Below are positions 62,300 through 64,000 of a stretch of 64,000 nt of DNA, piece after piece (positions within the stretch are counted from its first letter, which is position 1; each line of letters begins with the position of its first letter). The stretch is from positions 310,001-374,000 of IMG/VR virus record IMGVR_UViG_3300027899_000001; one strand, given 5' to 3'. The position numbers and the translations under genes are program-made. The notes under the pieces are model-generated. The model ran no database searches. It saw only the letters and a program-made list of their open reading frames with translations, and was not told where the DNA came from.

Positions 62300-63001
62300 T
62301 TATTTTTTAAATTTACAATTGTTAAAATGATATCTTGTCATATTTGGACCCTTTCCAATTAATCCACAATGCGGACATATTTTTTTAATATGTTCATGGT
62401 GTTTTCCTATTTGTGCTGCACTCATTTTTTGTTTTGATTTTTCTGTATGTTTTAATCCTATACGCGAATTAGACATATTATCCTTTATTTGTTTTGATTT
62501 TTTTATTCCATAAAATTCTTCATACGTTTTTCCTTTGCGTTTTTTATTATATTTTTTTAACCCCCAAGTATGATAATTTTTACCAAATGCTCCATTGTTA
62601 GATCCCTGTAGTTTTTTTCCATTTTTAAACATTCCGTTATGTTTACCAGAACTTTTAATACTTAATTTTTCTTTAGTTTCATAAGACAATGATTTATTTG
62701 ATCTTAATGATCTTGCTAATTCATAATCTCTAGCAGAAATATATTTTTTATTTTTATTTACACAAGTCATCATATGAAATGCATATATAATTTTGGTATT
62801 TTCGGAATGAATATAACACAATAATTTATGACATACATAATGTTCTCTTGCTGTTAATAAAATTTTATTTTCTTTATCATCAGTGCCTCCTATACATTTA
62901 GGAATTATATGATGATTTTCATAATATTTTCCATTTTCTTTTAATCTATTTTCTAATTTTGCTTTGTTAATTATAGACTCATAAATTTTTTGATAATTCA
63001 T
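62300..63001 (-). CDS. HNH homing endonuclease with NUMOD3 repeats
   Basis: Paralog of 54849..55553. Confidence 0.85.
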   Translation of the reverse strand: MNYQKIYESIINKAKLENRLKENGKYYENHHIIPKCIGGTDDKENKILLTAREHYVCHKLLCYIHSENTKIIYAFHMMTCVNKNKKYISARDYELARSLRSNKSLSYETKEKLSIKSSGKHNGMFKNGKKLQGSNNGAFGKNYHTWGLKKYNKKRKGKTYEEFYGIKKSKQIKDNMSNSRIGLKHTEKSKQKMSAAQIGKHHEHIKKICPHCGLIGKGPNMTRYHFNNCKFKK

Positions 63002-63194
63002 TTTCCTGGATAAATTTAGTTTCAGGAAGAATATATAAAAATTTTCTTTTATTCATTTTTTTATATTTAATAATTCCGCCGCGTCTCCAATTGTTTAATG
63101 TTTGGCGATGAATCTTAAATATATTTAAAATTTCCCTTTGCGAATATAATTTTTGTTCTTCCATATATTTTATATATTCATGAAATTTATACAA
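62979..63194 (-). CDS. MerR-like HTH protein
   Basis: IHRQTLNNWRRGGII. Confidence 0.55.
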   Translation of the reverse strand: MYKFHEYIKYMEEQKLYSQREILNIFKIHRQTLNNWRRGGIIKYKKMNKRKFLYILPETKFIQENELSKNL

Positions 63195-63339
63195 GTTTTT
63201 ACATCTATGTTAAATTTATGTTAATTTTTTATATTACCAGTTTTCCAAAAATATTTTATATTTTGTCTTTGTTCTATTGTAAGTGTTTTACCCTTCATAA
63301 ATTTTATAGAATGTTCAATATCATCTTTAGTTATTTTTG

Positions 63340-63810
63340 TCATGTATTGAGTTTTTTAATTATTTCTTCACGTTTTCCTGTTTGTTTTATTCCTTCATAA
63401 AATCTTGTGCATATTACAAATCTTTTTTCTGGAAGCCAAAGAGATAAATCTAAATCATCTACTGCAGTCCAATGAAGAGGTTTTATTCTATTCACATGCT
63501 CAAGTATTTCTTCTGATCTATATTTTTCCAGTAATTGCATTGTTCTTCCTTTAAGAGATACTGTAACATCTATGGGAGCTTTTTTAACTCCCATCATTTC
63601 GACAAATATTTCTTGTAAAGAAGTCAACGAATAATGATCTTTCCAATCACTTGATAGTATAATATCTGTATCAGTCTCATCTATTATTTCATTCAATACT
63701 CTTACTGCTTTTTTATTTACTCTATGAACATATCCCCACTTTGTAAGTTTTGGATGTATTTCACTTCCCAATGACAATACACCATCAATATCTAAGTATA
63801 GAAATTTCAT
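63340..63810 (-). CDS. HAD-superfamily phosphatase (RNA-repair associated type)
   Basis: YLDIDGVL, ILSSDWK, AVDDLD. Confidence 0.8.
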   Translation of the reverse strand: MKFLYLDIDGVLSLGSEIHPKLTKWGYVHRVNKKAVRVLNEIIDETDTDIILSSDWKDHYSLTSLQEIFVEMMGVKKAPIDVTVSLKGRTMQLLEKYRSEEILEHVNRIKPLHWTAVDDLDLSLWLPEKRFVICTRFYEGIKQTGKREEIIKKLNT

Positions 63811-64000
63811 AATGTAAATATAATAAAAAATTATGATATTAGAATATAATAGGAGTTAATATTTTGTTAAATTGTAAGATCAATTACTTCTATGTATTCT
63901 ATTAAAACGCCATGACGACTAGTGCCAGAACCAGAACAACTCATAGCATAGTGTACACTTGTTATATTAACTTTAGGATTTTCTTCGATCCATTCATTTA

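Noticed and set aside
16680-63001. Group I introns around the endonucleases
   Set aside because: No P7-type conserved elements and no interrupted host gene needing splicing; treated as free-standing.
759-63400. Short plus-strand ORFs in the track (e.g. 759, 1284, 10552, 14070, 33471, 36892, 37718, 55904, 61472)
   Set aside because: Antisense shadows of well-supported minus-strand genes, with low-complexity F/I/S-rich translations.
1-64000. Genome-wide TAG reassignment
   Set aside because: Long genes are uninterrupted in code 11 and several end at TAG (e.g. 30523, 50256, 16381); internal TAGs were found only near a few starts.
1-64000. rRNA, full tmRNA, integrase or capsid genes
   Set aside because: None recognisable in this window; the phage assignment rests on gene content and organisation, not on a hallmark structural gene.

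Overview
AT-rich (roughly three quarters A+T by eye), almost entirely minus-strand segment of what looks like a very large (jumbo) phage of a Bacteroidota host. Evidence: T9SS cargo and PorP/SprF genes, Bacteroidota-type TAnnTTT(G/A) promoters, many small ORFans, about 12 free-standing endonucleases, no rRNA. It carries 45 tRNA or tRNA-like genes in three arrays that partition the amino acids: array 1 (11.3-12.9 kb) Ser/Thr/Ile-AUA; array 2 (16.3-26.2 kb) Met/Ile/Arg/Ala/Lys/His/Val/Asn/Trp/Asp/Gly; array 3 (41.5-51.1 kb) Leu/Pro/Gln/Glu/Cys/Tyr/Phe plus fMet and an amber suppressor. Best candidate for an undescribed system: each array is preceded by an unannotated leader peptide whose codons match the anticodons of that array, followed by an intrinsic terminator with an alternative antiterminator pairing and a boxA-like site. 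This suggests ribosome-mediated attenuation that would switch on phage tRNA cassettes when the matching charged tRNAs run low. Other highlights: a ~200-nt RNase P RNA lacking the specificity domain; a Ro60/TROVE gene with at least seven Y-RNA-like elements (tRNA-mimic, short, long with unknown cargo, possibly permuted); an amber-gated module (tRNA-CUA, Pth2 with TAG at codon 3, a TAG-containing micro-leader, a radical SAM gene with TAG at codon 4); D-armless tRNAs; class-I anticodons on long-variable-arm bodies; a protein family sharing an N-terminal EKFxEExDPIxDMGIG tag; and a PncA/PncB/NadE NAD salvage cluster. All RNA folds were made by hand and coordinates may be off by 1-2 nt.
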